Both the position numbers and the translations under genes were made by a program. The notes beneath the pieces are model-generated. The model searched no databases and was not told where the DNA came from. It saw only the letters and a program-made list of their open reading frames with translations. A DNA stretch of 64,000 nucleotides from Patescibacteria group bacterium (GTDB lineage Bacteria > Patescibacteriota > Minisyncoccia > UBA6257 > 2-01-FULL-56-20): NCBI GenBank assembly GCA_018971305.1, contig JAGXBC010000003.1, positions 28,325-92,324 of the forward strand. The letters run 5' to 3'. Shown in pieces: positions 36,446 through 47,847 of the stretch; position 1 is the stretch's first letter; each line of letters starts with the position of its first letter.

Positions 36446-36796
36446 ATGATGAGCAGTAAATATAATTTAGAAGAACGAACCGCAAAATTCGGAGAAAACA
36501 CTATAGAGTTTTGTAAAAGTGTTAAGCAAGACACGATTAGCAGACCAATCATCAGCCAACTTATTAGATCGGCGACCAGCATCGGTGCAAATTATTGCGA
36601 AGCCAATAACGCCAGCTCAAAAAAGGACTTCAAAAATAAAATATTTATTTGTAAAAAAGAATGTCAAGAAACGAAGCATTGGTTGCGAATGATTACGCAA
36701 TGCGCGCCAGAACAAAAAGAAAAAATTGCAGCGCTATGGCAAGAATGCCAAGAATTAACAATGATTTTTCAGAAGATTATTTCCTCGTCTAGCTAA
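36446..36796 (+). CDS. Four-helix-bundle protein (TIGR02436 / 23S rRNA IVP / Avd-like)
   Basis: LEERTAKF...QLIRSATSIGANYCEA..ASSKKDF.NK..IC.KE..ET.HWL. Confidence 0.9.
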   Translation: MMSSKYNLEERTAKFGENTIEFCKSVKQDTISRPIISQLIRSATSIGANYCEANNASSKKDFKNKIFICKKECQETKHWLRMITQCAPEQKEKIAALWQECQELTMIFQKIISSSS

Positions 36797-36824
36797 ATGT
36801 GCGGCATTACTCCTAAATAACGGG

Positions 36825-36872
36825 TTGAAAATTGGAAATTGATCATTGAAAATTGCCCCGCCTGCGGCGGGG
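36825..36872 (+). repeat. Heptamer array TTGAAAA (right arm, inverted) plus CCCCGCC palindrome
   Basis: TTGAAAA TTGGAAA TTGATCA TTGAAAA TTG, then CCCCGCCTGCGGCGGGG. Confidence 0.8.
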
Positions 36873-36919
36873 GAGTTATCCACATCCTTTATAAATCATA
36901 ATCTGTTATAATAAATCTA

Positions 36920-37885
36920 ATGATGAGTCATAAGAACTCCGGTTTAGCCTATATAGGCGTAGTATTGCTCTCGGCCGTTTTGATTTTGGCCGTTTTTGCC
37001 GGTTTCAGTACTGCTTTCGGGGCAGCTTCAAGCACGGTTTCCACAACGGTAACCGTAGGAAACGCGACGCCGACGGTTACCTCGGTTTCTTTAAATAATG
37101 GTAGTGCGATAGTCCTGACTCCGAATGCCACCACGTCTTTTAATATCAATTATACGGTCTCCGACAATAACGGTTGCGCTGATATTAATACGAATAATAT
37201 GACCTCTACGGCTTTTAGGAATGGGGACTCTTCTAATTGTGCGAAACCCAGCCCGACGACCAGCAATACGAGCTGTTATCTCTTTATATCTTCAACGCGC
37301 ACCACAAGCACTTGCCAGGCCAGCGTAACTATCAACGTAACCGACACTGTGCAGATCTATTACTTCGCGGATTCCACCGGAAACAACTCGTCTACTTTCT
37401 CAACCGACCACTGGGAGGCCTATGCGACGGCTCACGATGCTTCTGATGCTAGCAGTAGTGCGACATCCACCTCCGTCGACATAAATGTTTTAACGGCAGT
37501 TAACGTGACGACTTCTTCAATCAACTACAGTTCCGCCGGCAACCTCTCGGCTTCTTCCACGAGCCCTCAACAGAACGCAACGACAACCAATGCCGGTAAT
37601 TCGACAACTTCTCTTCAGCTCTATGCCCTGCAGACGCTCGCAACGGGAACGATATCAATCGCCACCGGTTCTCAACATTATGCTACGACTACAGGACAAT
37701 CATTTGACGCCGGCAGCGTAGCCTTAACCGACACCCCGGTAACCGCTACGGGTTTCAAGCTCTTAACTCCAACAGCGACGAATAGCGTCGGCACATCTAC
37801 CTACTGGTTCCTGAACGTTCCGGCCGGAACGAATCAAGATACTTATACAGGCACTAACGTTTTCTCTCCGAAGTGGTCACAGTAG
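36920..37885 (+). CDS. Secreted Thr/Ser-rich protein, paralog of the C-terminal domain of 32873-36385
   Basis: Shared PTV..VSLN.G.AI.LTPNATTSF, YYFADSTGNNSST, DHWEA, WFLNVPAGT, GTNVFSP.WS. Confidence 0.85.
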   Translation: MMSHKNSGLAYIGVVLLSAVLILAVFAGFSTAFGAASSTVSTTVTVGNATPTVTSVSLNNGSAIVLTPNATTSFNINYTVSDNNGCADINTNNMTSTAFRNGDSSNCAKPSPTTSNTSCYLFISSTRTTSTCQASVTINVTDTVQIYYFADSTGNNSSTFSTDHWEAYATAHDASDASSSATSTSVDINVLTAVNVTTSSINYSSAGNLSASSTSPQQNATTTNAGNSTTSLQLYALQTLATGTISIATGSQHYATTTGQSFDAGSVALTDTPVTATGFKLLTPTATNSVGTSTYWFLNVPAGTNQDTYTGTNVFSPKWSQ

Positions 37886-38007
37886 TTATGTCTCATAGAA
37901 TTCTTTTTGGAATATAATAAGTTTCAATTTGAAAATGGATCATGATAAAATTGAATAATCAATAGGACTTCGGTACTACCAATGACTTACTCTCTGTTTT
38001 GGTTAGA

Positions 38008-40537
38008 ATGAAAAACTTGTTGCTGATAGTGTTTGTTTTGGTGATAGCAATAATAGTATTAGTTCCCCAGTCCAAAGCTGCAGCAGTCCTAATTCCTAAT
38101 CAACCCAATATCGGTAGTCTGTTGGGATCTGGAACCGTTGTCAGTCAGCCCATCGGCGCAGGTTTTTTCGGATACAATCAGCGGTCTTGATTTTAATATA
38201 GTAAATCTAAATGGTCTTATAGCCTCTTGGTTCAAGGTTGATCTTTGTACATATCCATCCAGTTCACCTAGTAATGATTGTGGGCAAGAAAATCAGATTG
38301 GCATTACCGAAGGCCTTACGCCAGTAGGTGTTGGCATACGCCATGTTAGTTTTAATCAACCAATTACTATAAATCCTAATGATTTTGTAGTTTTGCGCTA
38401 TTGCGCTGCCTTTAATAATACTACTTATGATTGTGTGGGATCTGGCAACGGCACCTTTACTTTTTCGGGGATCACCAGCACCAATCCTGGTTGGTATCCA
38501 TGGCCGCAGTATTTATATGTGGTTTGGCAGCATGCGTCTCTATCTAATTTACAGCAATTTGAATCTGATGGAGTGACTGTTATTCCATCTGGGGGCGCTA
38601 TTCCAGAAAATACTGTGGTTCTGGCTGCAAATGTTGTGGGTGCGGCAGACAATACGGTACAACTACAGGTTGAAGTGGAACCAAATAATATTCCATTTTC
38701 TGGGATTCCAACCTTAAGCAGCTCCTTTGTTCTTTCTGGGGATATTACAACGATAACCGTGCCTAATATTCTAGATGGTCAATATCATTGGCAAGCTCGC
38801 GCAGTGGATTCTGAAGGAAATACGTCGCCCTGGAGTTCGGGCAGTAATTTTGTTATTGATACCATGCCTCCGACAATATCTTATAATCGGCCATCTCCAT
38901 ATTATATAATTAACACATCCGCCATATTTTCTTTTTATGCAAATGATAATGGAGGAACCGGAATTAATGATCTTTCAGCATTGCTTGATGGGAAATTATT
39001 CGACTTTGGTCCTACCGTCGGATCTGTTTTAAACCTTGATCTTTCTGTTGGTACGCACACTATTATTATCAAAGCGAAGGATTATGCGGGCAATATTACT
39101 ACGTCCGATACGCTTACATATACTGTGCCAGCAGCAATGGTTGCCAATGGATCTCAGCTAACCGATCAATCTTATATAGGTGGTACCATAGGAACTTCAA
39201 ATGGAATTGTTGCGCAACCCATCGGTGCAGGATTCTCAGATACCGTCAGCGGACTTGATTTCTATGTACCAAGCCTGAACAACCTTATAGCCTCTTGGTT
39301 CAAGGTTGATCTTTGTACATATCCATCCAGTTCACCTAGTAATGATTGTGGGCAAGAAAATCAGATCGGCATTACCGAAGGTCGTGTGTCCGTTGGCACT
39401 GGTATTCGACACGTCAGTTTTACTCAGCCGCTTAATATTTCACCTGACAACTTTGTTATTTTGAGGTACTGCGCTGCCTTCAATGATATAAATTACAGTT
39501 GCATACCCAGTGGCAATGGTAGTTTTACTTTCGGTGGTGTTACCAGCACCAATCCTGGTTGGTATCCATGGTCGCAGTATTTATATATCAAATGGCAGCA
39601 CACTACGATAAATGGTTTGGCACAATATGAAGCAGATGGCATAACACCGCTTGGAACTAGCGCAACAAACACAATAGTGTTGTCCGGAAATGTTGTCGGT
39701 TCTATTGATCCAGTTCAACTCCAAGTTGAAATAGAGCCAAGTGGTGCCGCTTTTATTGATCAACTCACGGCAAGTAGTTCGTTTGTTTCATCTGGGAGTA
39801 CTGCCACCATTACGATATCTGATGTGGCTGATGGGGATTATCATTGGCAAGCTCGTGCGATGGATTCGGGGGGAATTGCATCTCCTTGGTTGCCATTTAG
39901 TGCCGTGCCAACAAACACAGACTTTGTTATAGATACGACTCCACCTGTAATTGCACACACCGCTATCGAACCCCAGTACATTCTTAATGGCACTCCACTA
40001 CAGTTTCAATTTTCTGCAACGGATAATGGTGGTGTTGGACTTTCAAATCTTGTAGCCACACTAGACGGTGTTGAATTTTCGTCGGGAGATTTTATAAATT
40101 TTACTCAAGTCGGTGTACACACAATTATAATTACTGCAAAAGATGCTGTCGGAAATATTTCTACATCAACTAATACTTATGATGTGGCTTATAATTTCGG
40201 AGGATTTCTCCCTCCAATACAAACTGATGGTAGTGGCGTGTATAAGTTGAAGAGGTCTTTAGCTGTTAAATTCCAACTCACAGATGCCAATGGTCAATAT
40301 GTAGACAATGCGGTTGCACGTTTATTAGTGACAAAAGTAGAAGACGGTATTTTAGGAACTGTTCCGATAGAATTATCAACATCTACTACGGACATCGGCG
40401 GATTATTCAAATACGACCCAATTAGTAATCAGTATGTTTACAGGTTAGACACCGGATCTTTAACCACTGGGACATGGCAATTGACAGCAGTACTAGACGA
40501 TGGCACGAGTTACTCTATATTAATATCATTAAGGTAA
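38008..40537 (+). pseudogene. Secreted protein with an internal duplication and PxKF-like C-terminus; +1 frameshift in T6 run at 38163-38168
   Basis: Signal-peptide ORF reads QPIGAGF; the other frame continues SDTISGLDF; the second repeat copy reads QPIGAGFSDTVSGLDF intact. Confidence 0.75.
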
Positions 40538-40558
40538 TATTTTTTAAATAATTTCTAT

Positions 40559-40583
40559 AAAAAGGGGACAGCCCCCTTTTTTT
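40559..40583 (+). terminator. Rho-independent terminator
   Basis: AAAAAGGGG-ACAGC-CCCCTTTTTTT. Confidence 0.7.
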
Positions 40584-40645
40584 GATTTCCCCAGGAGATT
40601 TTGTATAATAATTACATCAATATTGTATAATATTAAGGATACTAA

Positions 40646-41563
40646 ATGGCCAAACATTCAATTATCTGGCCGGTTATTGCCGCTGTTTTTATTCTCGCCG
40701 CGGCGATTTTTTCGTTGCCGCAAGGAGCCATCGCGGCTTTCGGAGTTTCGCCTCCGTTTGTGAATTCCGACCACCTTGTTGCCGGAGCGCAATATATCCA
40801 AACGGTTTATTTGGTACAGGATCAGCCGGATCAGGATTTAAGAATTAAAGCAACGCTCAACGTACCTGATAAGATCAAACCCTGGATAAAAATAGACAAG
40901 GGCTTGGACTTTATTATTCCTAAAGGCGTTCGCCAATTTCCGATTCAGATAGAGGTTGATGTTCCAAAAAGCGAGATTCGCGGTCAGTATAGCGGCAACC
41001 TGGTCATAGTGAGCGAGCCTGCGCAATCGGGACAGGTAACCATCGCTTTGGGAGCCAATATCGCCATCAACCTTACGATCGGCACCGATATTTTTGAACA
41101 ATATTCCGTGCAGGCTATCAAGCCTTTGGACGTGGAGGAAGGTTGGAATCCCCGAGTTGATGTTAAATTCAAAAATGACGGTAATATTCCGGAAAGTTTT
41201 GATGGCGCAACCTTTGAATTGATAGATAAATTCGGCGGTACGCGCTTGGCTTATACTCAAAAAACCACGGGTTTTCCCGAGACGCCGCCGTTCAGCATTA
41301 AGGAATATGTTGTTGAGTTTCCCATGGAATTTCATCTTGGTCTTGGTCAATATTGGGCTGACGTAAATTTTTATAAGGGAGGTAAAATTATCGGCCACGA
41401 GAAAACGGTGTTCAATGTTCTACCTGCTGGCTCAATTTCCGGTCCAACGGCGCAAGTATTGAATTTCTTGAAAAACGCTTGGGTTTATTATTCCGCTATC
41501 GGTATTGTCCTTGCTCTAATGATATTTTTCTTCTTTTTCAAACGGAAGCGTCATCATAGATAA
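40646..41563 (+). CDS. Secreted protein with C-terminal TM anchor (Ig-like, DUF916-like)
   Basis: Signal peptide, FGVSPP, F.N.GNI, C-terminal TM and basic tail. Confidence 0.75.
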   Translation: MAKHSIIWPVIAAVFILAAAIFSLPQGAIAAFGVSPPFVNSDHLVAGAQYIQTVYLVQDQPDQDLRIKATLNVPDKIKPWIKIDKGLDFIIPKGVRQFPIQIEVDVPKSEIRGQYSGNLVIVSEPAQSGQVTIALGANIAINLTIGTDIFEQYSVQAIKPLDVEEGWNPRVDVKFKNDGNIPESFDGATFELIDKFGGTRLAYTQKTTGFPETPPFSIKEYVVEFPMEFHLGLGQYWADVNFYKGGKIIGHEKTVFNVLPAGSISGPTAQVLNFLKNAWVYYSAIGIVLALMIFFFFFKRKRHHR

Positions 41564-41580
41564 AAAAGTTATCCAACGGG

Positions 41581-42537
41581 ATGAAATGGAAAAAAATATT
41601 TTCGGTCTCCATCTTGGGGTTAATCGCCGTCATTGTTTGGTATGGTAAATTTTCAATTGCTAGGTCTGCGAGCGTAAGCGTCCCCACGGAAGTCGTAACA
41701 ACTCCCGCGGTAGTCAGGTTAACCCAGGATTATTTCAGGTGGTATGAAAATATTGATGCTCTGACCCCCTCAAGCACATTGGCTGCGGAGAATACGTCTA
41801 CCAGCGTCCCCGATTCAGGAACCGTCTTGCGGTTAAGGATGAATATTATTGACGGCAACGTGGATTTGCCGACGGGTACGGAATTCAAACTCCAATACGC
41901 CAATTCCACCTCTGGCCCCTGGACAGACTTGTCTACCTCAACTTCCTGGATATTTTTTAACAATCCCTCAGTTGCCGACGGGCAGATTATCCTAACGACA
42001 GTTTTGAGCAATTCCAACACGGGTGAAAGTTATAACGAATCAAATCCGTCGGCTTCCACTCCGAATACTGTCGTGCAGGGCCAAAGAGGCGAGTGGGACT
42101 GGGTGATTGAAAATAATTCCGCGGATACGGCAAGCAACTGGTTTTTCCGGATGATATATTCTTCAAGCACGGTGCTTGACTCTTACAACAGGTATCCCAA
42201 ATTAACTGCCGTGCCCGTGGTCACTCCACCGCCGTCTTCGGGCGGAGGGGGCGGTTCAACCGGTGTTGGTGGGGGACAGACGACTCCTCCACCGCCTTAT
42301 GTTCCGCCGGGCAATCAAACGACAACGCCACCGCTGCCGATACCGCCGCCGCTTTTGCCTCCGCCCATACAGGCCGTGGATTTTAATGGTGATAACCGAG
42401 TGAATATCATTGATCTTTCTATTCTTCTTTATTATTACAACAAAACCGGGCCGCAAATAACGCGCTACGATTTAAACAGGGATTTGGCGGTAGATTTCCC
42501 GGACGTATCAATAATGATGTTTTATTGGACTAGCTAG
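41581..42537 (+). CDS. Secreted protein with C-terminal dockerin-like domain
   Basis: Pro/Gly linker, then paired Ca-binding loops DFNGDNRVNIIDLSILL...DLNRDLAVDFPDVSIMM. Confidence 0.8.
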   Translation: MKWKKIFSVSILGLIAVIVWYGKFSIARSASVSVPTEVVTTPAVVRLTQDYFRWYENIDALTPSSTLAAENTSTSVPDSGTVLRLRMNIIDGNVDLPTGTEFKLQYANSTSGPWTDLSTSTSWIFFNNPSVADGQIILTTVLSNSNTGESYNESNPSASTPNTVVQGQRGEWDWVIENNSADTASNWFFRMIYSSSTVLDSYNRYPKLTAVPVVTPPPSSGGGGGSTGVGGGQTTPPPPYVPPGNQTTTPPLPIPPPLLPPPIQAVDFNGDNRVNIIDLSILLYYYNKTGPQITRYDLNRDLAVDFPDVSIMMFYWTS

Positions 42538-42538
42538 T

Positions 42539-42573
42539 AATAGAAAATAGAATCTAGAAAATAGAAAGTAGAA
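42539..42573 (+). repeat. Heptamer array NNTAGAA x5 (left arm)
   Basis: AATAGAA AATAGAA TCTAGAA AATAGAA AGTAGAA, ending 3 nt before the ATG. Confidence 0.9.
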
Positions 42574-42576
42574 GGA

Positions 42577-42924
42577 ATGAGCAAAACGAAATCATTTAAA
42601 GATCTAATTGTTTGGCAAAAAGCTCGCGATTTGGCGGTGATTGTCTACGAACTCACCGAAAAATTTCCCAGATCAGAACTGTACGGACTAACAAGCCAAA
42701 TGAGGAGAGCAGCTATTTCCATATCTTCCAACATCGCAGAAAGTTATCACCGTTTTCATAGTAAGGAGAAAAATCAGTTTTTAGCCATAGCTTTTGGTTC
42801 CGGCTCGGAACTAGAAAGCCAAATGGAAATCTCCAAGGTTTTATTCCCACACTTAAATTATAAAGGAGCAGGGGAGCTTCTTGGCGATGTGATGAAAATT
42901 CTAAACAATTTTTTATCCAAATAA
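42577..42924 (+). CDS. Four-helix-bundle protein (TIGR02436 / 23S rRNA IVP / Avd-like)
   Basis: SFKDLIVWQKA..L...VYELT.KFP.SELYGLTSQMRRAAISISSNIAE...FL.IA.GS..EL..Q. Confidence 0.93.
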   Translation: MSKTKSFKDLIVWQKARDLAVIVYELTEKFPRSELYGLTSQMRRAAISISSNIAESYHRFHSKEKNQFLAIAFGSGSELESQMEISKVLFPHLNYKGAGELLGDVMKILNNFLSK

Positions 42925-42934
42925 ATATAAAACA

Positions 42935-43844
<910 letters not shown>

Positions 43845-43870
<26 letters not shown>

Positions 43871-43925
43871 AAAATAGAATCAAAAATTAATTCTACTTTC
43901 TATTTTCTAAATTCTACTTTCTAAA
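43845..43925. repeat. Inverted heptamer array without a gene (NNTAGAA-type x5 / TTCTANN x5)
   Basis: ACGAGAA AATAGAA AATAGTA ATTAGAA AATAGAA - 11 nt - TTCTACT TTCTATT TTCTAAA TTCTACT TTCTAAA. Confidence 0.85.
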
Positions 43926-43930
43926 TTATT

Positions 43931-44557
43931 ATGTTCGAATTACCAACGCTTCCATATGCTTATGACTCCCTGGAGCCTTATATTGATGCGCGTACGATGG
44001 AAATACACCACACGAAGCATCACCAGGCCTACATAAATAAATTGAACGAAGCCTTAGAAAAACATCCAGAGCTGGATAAGAAATCTTTGGAAGAATTATT
44101 GGGAAATCTTAATTCTGTGCCCGATGACATAAGGACGGCCGTGAGAAATCATGGCGGTGGGCACATCAACCACTCGTTATTCTGGAAGATTATGGGGCCC
44201 GGTGCCGGCGGTGAACCAAATGGTGCAATGGCCAAGGCCGTAGCGGATTCGTTCGGGGACTTTGTTAAATTTAAAGAAGAATTCGGAAAAGCCGCGGCCG
44301 GTATTTTCGGCAGCGGCTGGGCGTGGCTGGTTTTAAACGCAGAACACGGAACAGATAACAAGGAACAATTAAAGATAATTACGACCCCCAATCAGGACAA
44401 TCCCATATCGCAAGGACTCAGACCCCTTCTTGGCTTAGACGTTTGGGAACACGCTTATTATCTGAAATATCAGAATAAACGGCCGGATTATATTTCTGCC
44501 TGGTGGAACGTGGTCAACTGGAGTGAAGTTGAAAAGAATCTTACAGCATCTTCGTAG
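43931..44557 (+). CDS. sodA: Superoxide dismutase [Mn/Fe]
   Basis: [36 protein letters not shown]. Confidence 0.95.
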   Translation: MFELPTLPYAYDSLEPYIDARTMEIHHTKHHQAYINKLNEALEKHPELDKKSLEELLGNLNSVPDDIRTAVRNHGGGHINHSLFWKIMGPGAGGEPNGAMAKAVADSFGDFVKFKEEFGKAAAGIFGSGWAWLVLNAEHGTDNKEQLKIITTPNQDNPISQGLRPLLGLDVWEHAYYLKYQNKRPDYISAWWNVVNWSEVEKNLTASS

Positions 44558-44646
44558 GCGAGCGATTATGGTTATGGGTGGAATACTGGATAATTATCTG
44601 ACTTTAGGCAACATAAATAGGTGAGTAATGCTATAATAATTTAGAT

Positions 44647-46809
44647 ATGGAAAGACCTCATAAAATAGGTGGATTTTGCCTATCATCTATGATAGCGGGC
44701 GGGTTTTTTCTGTTTGCCGTATTTTTCGCGGTAATTTCCCCGATTAAAGCTGAGGCCGCCGCCTCTCTTTATGTTTCTCCTCCGTCCGGCACATTTACGG
44801 TCGGCAGCACGTTTACGGTTTCTATTTACGTAAACAGCGGTGGCCAGTCTATTAATGCCGTAGAGGCGGATTTGAAATTTCCTGCGGATAGGTTGCAGGT
44901 TGTTTCGCCCACAACCGGGAAATCTCTTATTCAGGTTTGGGTAAGCCAGCCGACTTATTCAAATTTGGACGGTACGATGAAATTCCAGGGGACAATACCT
45001 AGTCCCGGAATAAATACGGATTCCGGTCTTATTTCCACTGTAACTTTCCGCGTGAAAAGCGTGGGTACAGCGTCGCTGCAAATTTTGGACAGCTCTCAAG
45101 TGCTTTTAAACGATGGCCTGGGCACTAATATATTGGGTCAGACTACGAGCGGTATTTATTATCTTGTTTTGCCGGCTCCTGCCGGACCGATAGTTACGTC
45201 GCGTACCAATCCGGATCAGTCCAAATGGTATAGCACTCATCAGGTGGTTTTTGAATGGAGTGCCCCGTCGGATATACAAGGTTATAGCTATATATTGGAT
45301 CAAGACCCGTCTGGAGAGCCGGATGATATTTCCGAAGGGACCAATACCAGGGTGGTTTATGACAAGCTTGCCGATGGCACTTATTATTTCCATATTAAGT
45401 CTTTACGGCAGGGCGCCTGGGGCGGAATTACCGATTATGTGGTGAATATAGATAACGATCCGCCGGCAAAATTTACAATAGATTTTTCTCCCGGAGACAC
45501 GACGTCTAATCACCGCCCGATAATTGACTTTACTACAACCGATAAAACTTCCGGACTGGATCATTATGAATTAAAAATTATTCCGCTGGATATGCCGCTC
45601 GCAGTGACAACCCAGAACGATACTCCATTTTTCATAGAAACCCAGCCGCCGTATTCCCAGCAATTGGCAGACGGAAGGTACGATGTTTATGTCCGGGCTT
45701 ACGATAAAGCAGGAAACTATTATCAAGCAGAGAGCAGGCTTACTATAACCAAGCCGATTTTTGAATTTTTGAGCCCGAGTGGTTTGAGTGTCAACGGTTT
45801 TACCTTGGGCTGGGCCTACACGGTTGTCTTGGGATTGCTATTTCTCGCGCTATTCGGATATTTCGGCTATAAGGCATGGACTTGGCATCGGTTAATTGAA
45901 GAATCTTTGGAGCACGGACCGCATAAGCATCCTGTGGTAGCCGAAAAACTTGAAGAGTTAAAGAAAAAACAAAAAGAATACGGATCGTCCGGAGGCACTA
46001 CAACAGCCCTTCTTACTCAGAATGATATCGACGGAAAAGAGCCGCCAGGCTCTATTGGCGGCACGGGTTTGATGATCTTGTTTGCCCTGGTAATATCTTT
46101 AGCGCTATTCGGACACGCGGTTAAGGCCCAGCAGAATGCGACTGGCAATGTTTCGGTTGAACCGCCCATAGTCACACTATTCCCCAAATCCATTTCCAAT
46201 GACGAGATCTTTTATATCGGCGGCAGAGCCGGGGCTCCTAACGCCAAGGTTTATATCTATCTGCAGAATGTGGACACAGGCAGCGCTTTGAATGAGATAG
46301 CGGTAACAGATGTTAGTGGCGCTTGGTTCTACTCTTTCCCGCAATTTCTGACTGCCGGGCGTTACATTGTCTGGACCCAGCTTAAGGTGAGCGATGCCTT
46401 GAGTTCACCGAGCCCGCAAATGAACTTGGAAGTCGCGCCGACCGCGATCCAATTCGGCGGCAACCGTTTCAGCTATCAGGATCTGTATTTTGTGTTGCTT
46501 CTTATATTCCTCGCGGCTTTCTGCGCATTGCTCGCATTCATTATTTACCACAGCTACCACTTCAGAATTAAAAATAGGCGATTGTCTTTGGCTATAGCGG
46601 CAGCGGAGGAATCTATCCGCCGCGGCTTCTCTGTTTTGCGCCGGGATATTGAAGAAGAGCTTAGCGTTATCCGCAAGGTCAAGCTTAATAAGGAGCTCTC
46701 CACCGAAGAAAAAATACGCGAAGAAAAATTAACTAAGGATTTTGAAGACGTAAATCGCTATGTTGGTAAGGAAATCTGGGAAGTGGATAAGGAGGAAAAG
46801 GATTTGTGA
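44647..46809 (+). CDS. Cohesin-domain, multi-Ig membrane protein
   Basis: SLYVSP.SGTF.VGSTFTVSI.V.SGGQSINAVEADL.FP.D.LQVVS; several TMs. Confidence 0.8.
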   Translation: MERPHKIGGFCLSSMIAGGFFLFAVFFAVISPIKAEAAASLYVSPPSGTFTVGSTFTVSIYVNSGGQSINAVEADLKFPADRLQVVSPTTGKSLIQVWVSQPTYSNLDGTMKFQGTIPSPGINTDSGLISTVTFRVKSVGTASLQILDSSQVLLNDGLGTNILGQTTSGIYYLVLPAPAGPIVTSRTNPDQSKWYSTHQVVFEWSAPSDIQGYSYILDQDPSGEPDDISEGTNTRVVYDKLADGTYYFHIKSLRQGAWGGITDYVVNIDNDPPAKFTIDFSPGDTTSNHRPIIDFTTTDKTSGLDHYELKIIPLDMPLAVTTQNDTPFFIETQPPYSQQLADGRYDVYVRAYDKAGNYYQAESRLTITKPIFEFLSPSGLSVNGFTLGWAYTVVLGLLFLALFGYFGYKAWTWHRLIEESLEHGPHKHPVVAEKLEELKKKQKEYGSSGGTTTALLTQNDIDGKEPPGSIGGTGLMILFALVISLALFGHAVKAQQNATGNVSVEPPIVTLFPKSISNDEIFYIGGRAGAPNAKVYIYLQNVDTGSALNEIAVTDVSGAWFYSFPQFLTAGRYIVWTQLKVSDALSSPSPQMNLEVAPTAIQFGGNRFSYQDLYFVLLLIFLAAFCALLAFIIYHSYHFRIKNRRLSLAIAAAEESIRRGFSVLRRDIEEELSVIRKVKLNKELSTEEKIREEKLTKDFEDVNRYVGKEIWEVDKEEKDL

Positions 46810-46880
46810 TGTGGTTCGCATCGAGGCGCCGGAATCCGGATATTGTGCCGCCTTATCACATAATATAAAGGCGATAAGTT

Positions 46881-47213
46881 ATGTTGATTAACTCCGGTCA
46901 GAGAACTTTACACTGGACGAATCATGCTCATGCCAAAATGAGATTTTATGGTTTGTCGGAGGCGCGCGTGCGCAGAATTCTTCATTCTCCGAAGAGGGTG
47001 GAAGAGGGAATTGCTCCGAAAACAATCGCAGTGATGCAGTCTGCTGGCAGCACAAAACATCCTTACGAACTTTGGACCATGGTCCAGGATATCGGTAAAA
47101 AGCGCAAAGTAATAAGTGCCTGGCGCTATCCCGGAGTTACAAAGCCGAGAAGCGAGGCCGTAATCGAAGGGATAAAGAATGCCTATAGCGAATATATGCG
47201 GTCGCATGATTAG
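46881..47213 (+). CDS. Hypothetical protein (DUF4258-like)
   Basis: WTNHAH.KM..YGLSE..VRR.L..P.R...ISAWRYPG. Confidence 0.65.
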   Translation: MLINSGQRTLHWTNHAHAKMRFYGLSEARVRRILHSPKRVEEGIAPKTIAVMQSAGSTKHPYELWTMVQDIGKKRKVISAWRYPGVTKPRSEAVIEGIKNAYSEYMRSHD

Positions 47214-47216
47214 GCC

Positions 47217-47801
47217 ATGCCTAAATTTGCTATAATAATCTTAATATTTATCGCAGTCGGCGCGATTATCGCCGCTATTTTCACTGTCGCAATATCAAGA
47301 AAAAATTATTTTTTTTCAAATATTCCCATAGCAAATAATCAAATATCAGAAAACATGATTTTAACGAGCCCGTCTTTCAATAACGATGCCGATATCCCGA
47401 CAAAATTTACTTGTGACGGCGGAGATATAAATCCGGAGTTGCACGTTCAAAACGTACCGGAGGAAGCCAAAAGTTTAGCTCTTATAATGGATGACCCTGA
47501 TGCAACGCGTGGCCGATCGTTTACGCATTGGCTTGTTTGGAACATAAACCCGGAGACCACTTTAATTAAGCAGGAAAGCGTGCCGCCTGGAAGCGTGGAG
47601 GGGAAGAACGATTTTCCGGCTGTGGGATATGGCGGCCCTTGTCCTCCGCAAGGCTCTGCCCCTCATCATTATCATTTCAAACTCTATGCTTTGGACGAGA
47701 TGCTTGATTTGCCGTCTGGTTCAAGCAAGAGTCTTTTGGAGGCGGAAATAGACAAACACCTTATAACCCAAGCGGAACTTGTGGGATTATACGGAAGATA
47801 A
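47217..47801 (+). CDS. YbhB/YbcL (PEBP/Raf kinase inhibitor-like) protein
   Basis: FTCDG.D.NP.L, MDDPDA, FTHWLVWNI, YGGPCPP, HHYHF.LYALD. Confidence 0.93.
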   Translation: MPKFAIIILIFIAVGAIIAAIFTVAISRKNYFFSNIPIANNQISENMILTSPSFNNDADIPTKFTCDGGDINPELHVQNVPEEAKSLALIMDDPDATRGRSFTHWLVWNINPETTLIKQESVPPGSVEGKNDFPAVGYGGPCPPQGSAPHHYHFKLYALDEMLDLPSGSSKSLLEAEIDKHLITQAELVGLYGR

Positions 47802-47847
47802 ATTGATAGCGGTAAAAATGTTAGAATAAATGAAATCATAAAATATC

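Noticed and set aside
36446-42924. Diversity-generating retroelement (Avd-like genes plus repeated surface domains)
   Set aside because: No reverse transcriptase and no TR/VR pair with adenine-specific differences
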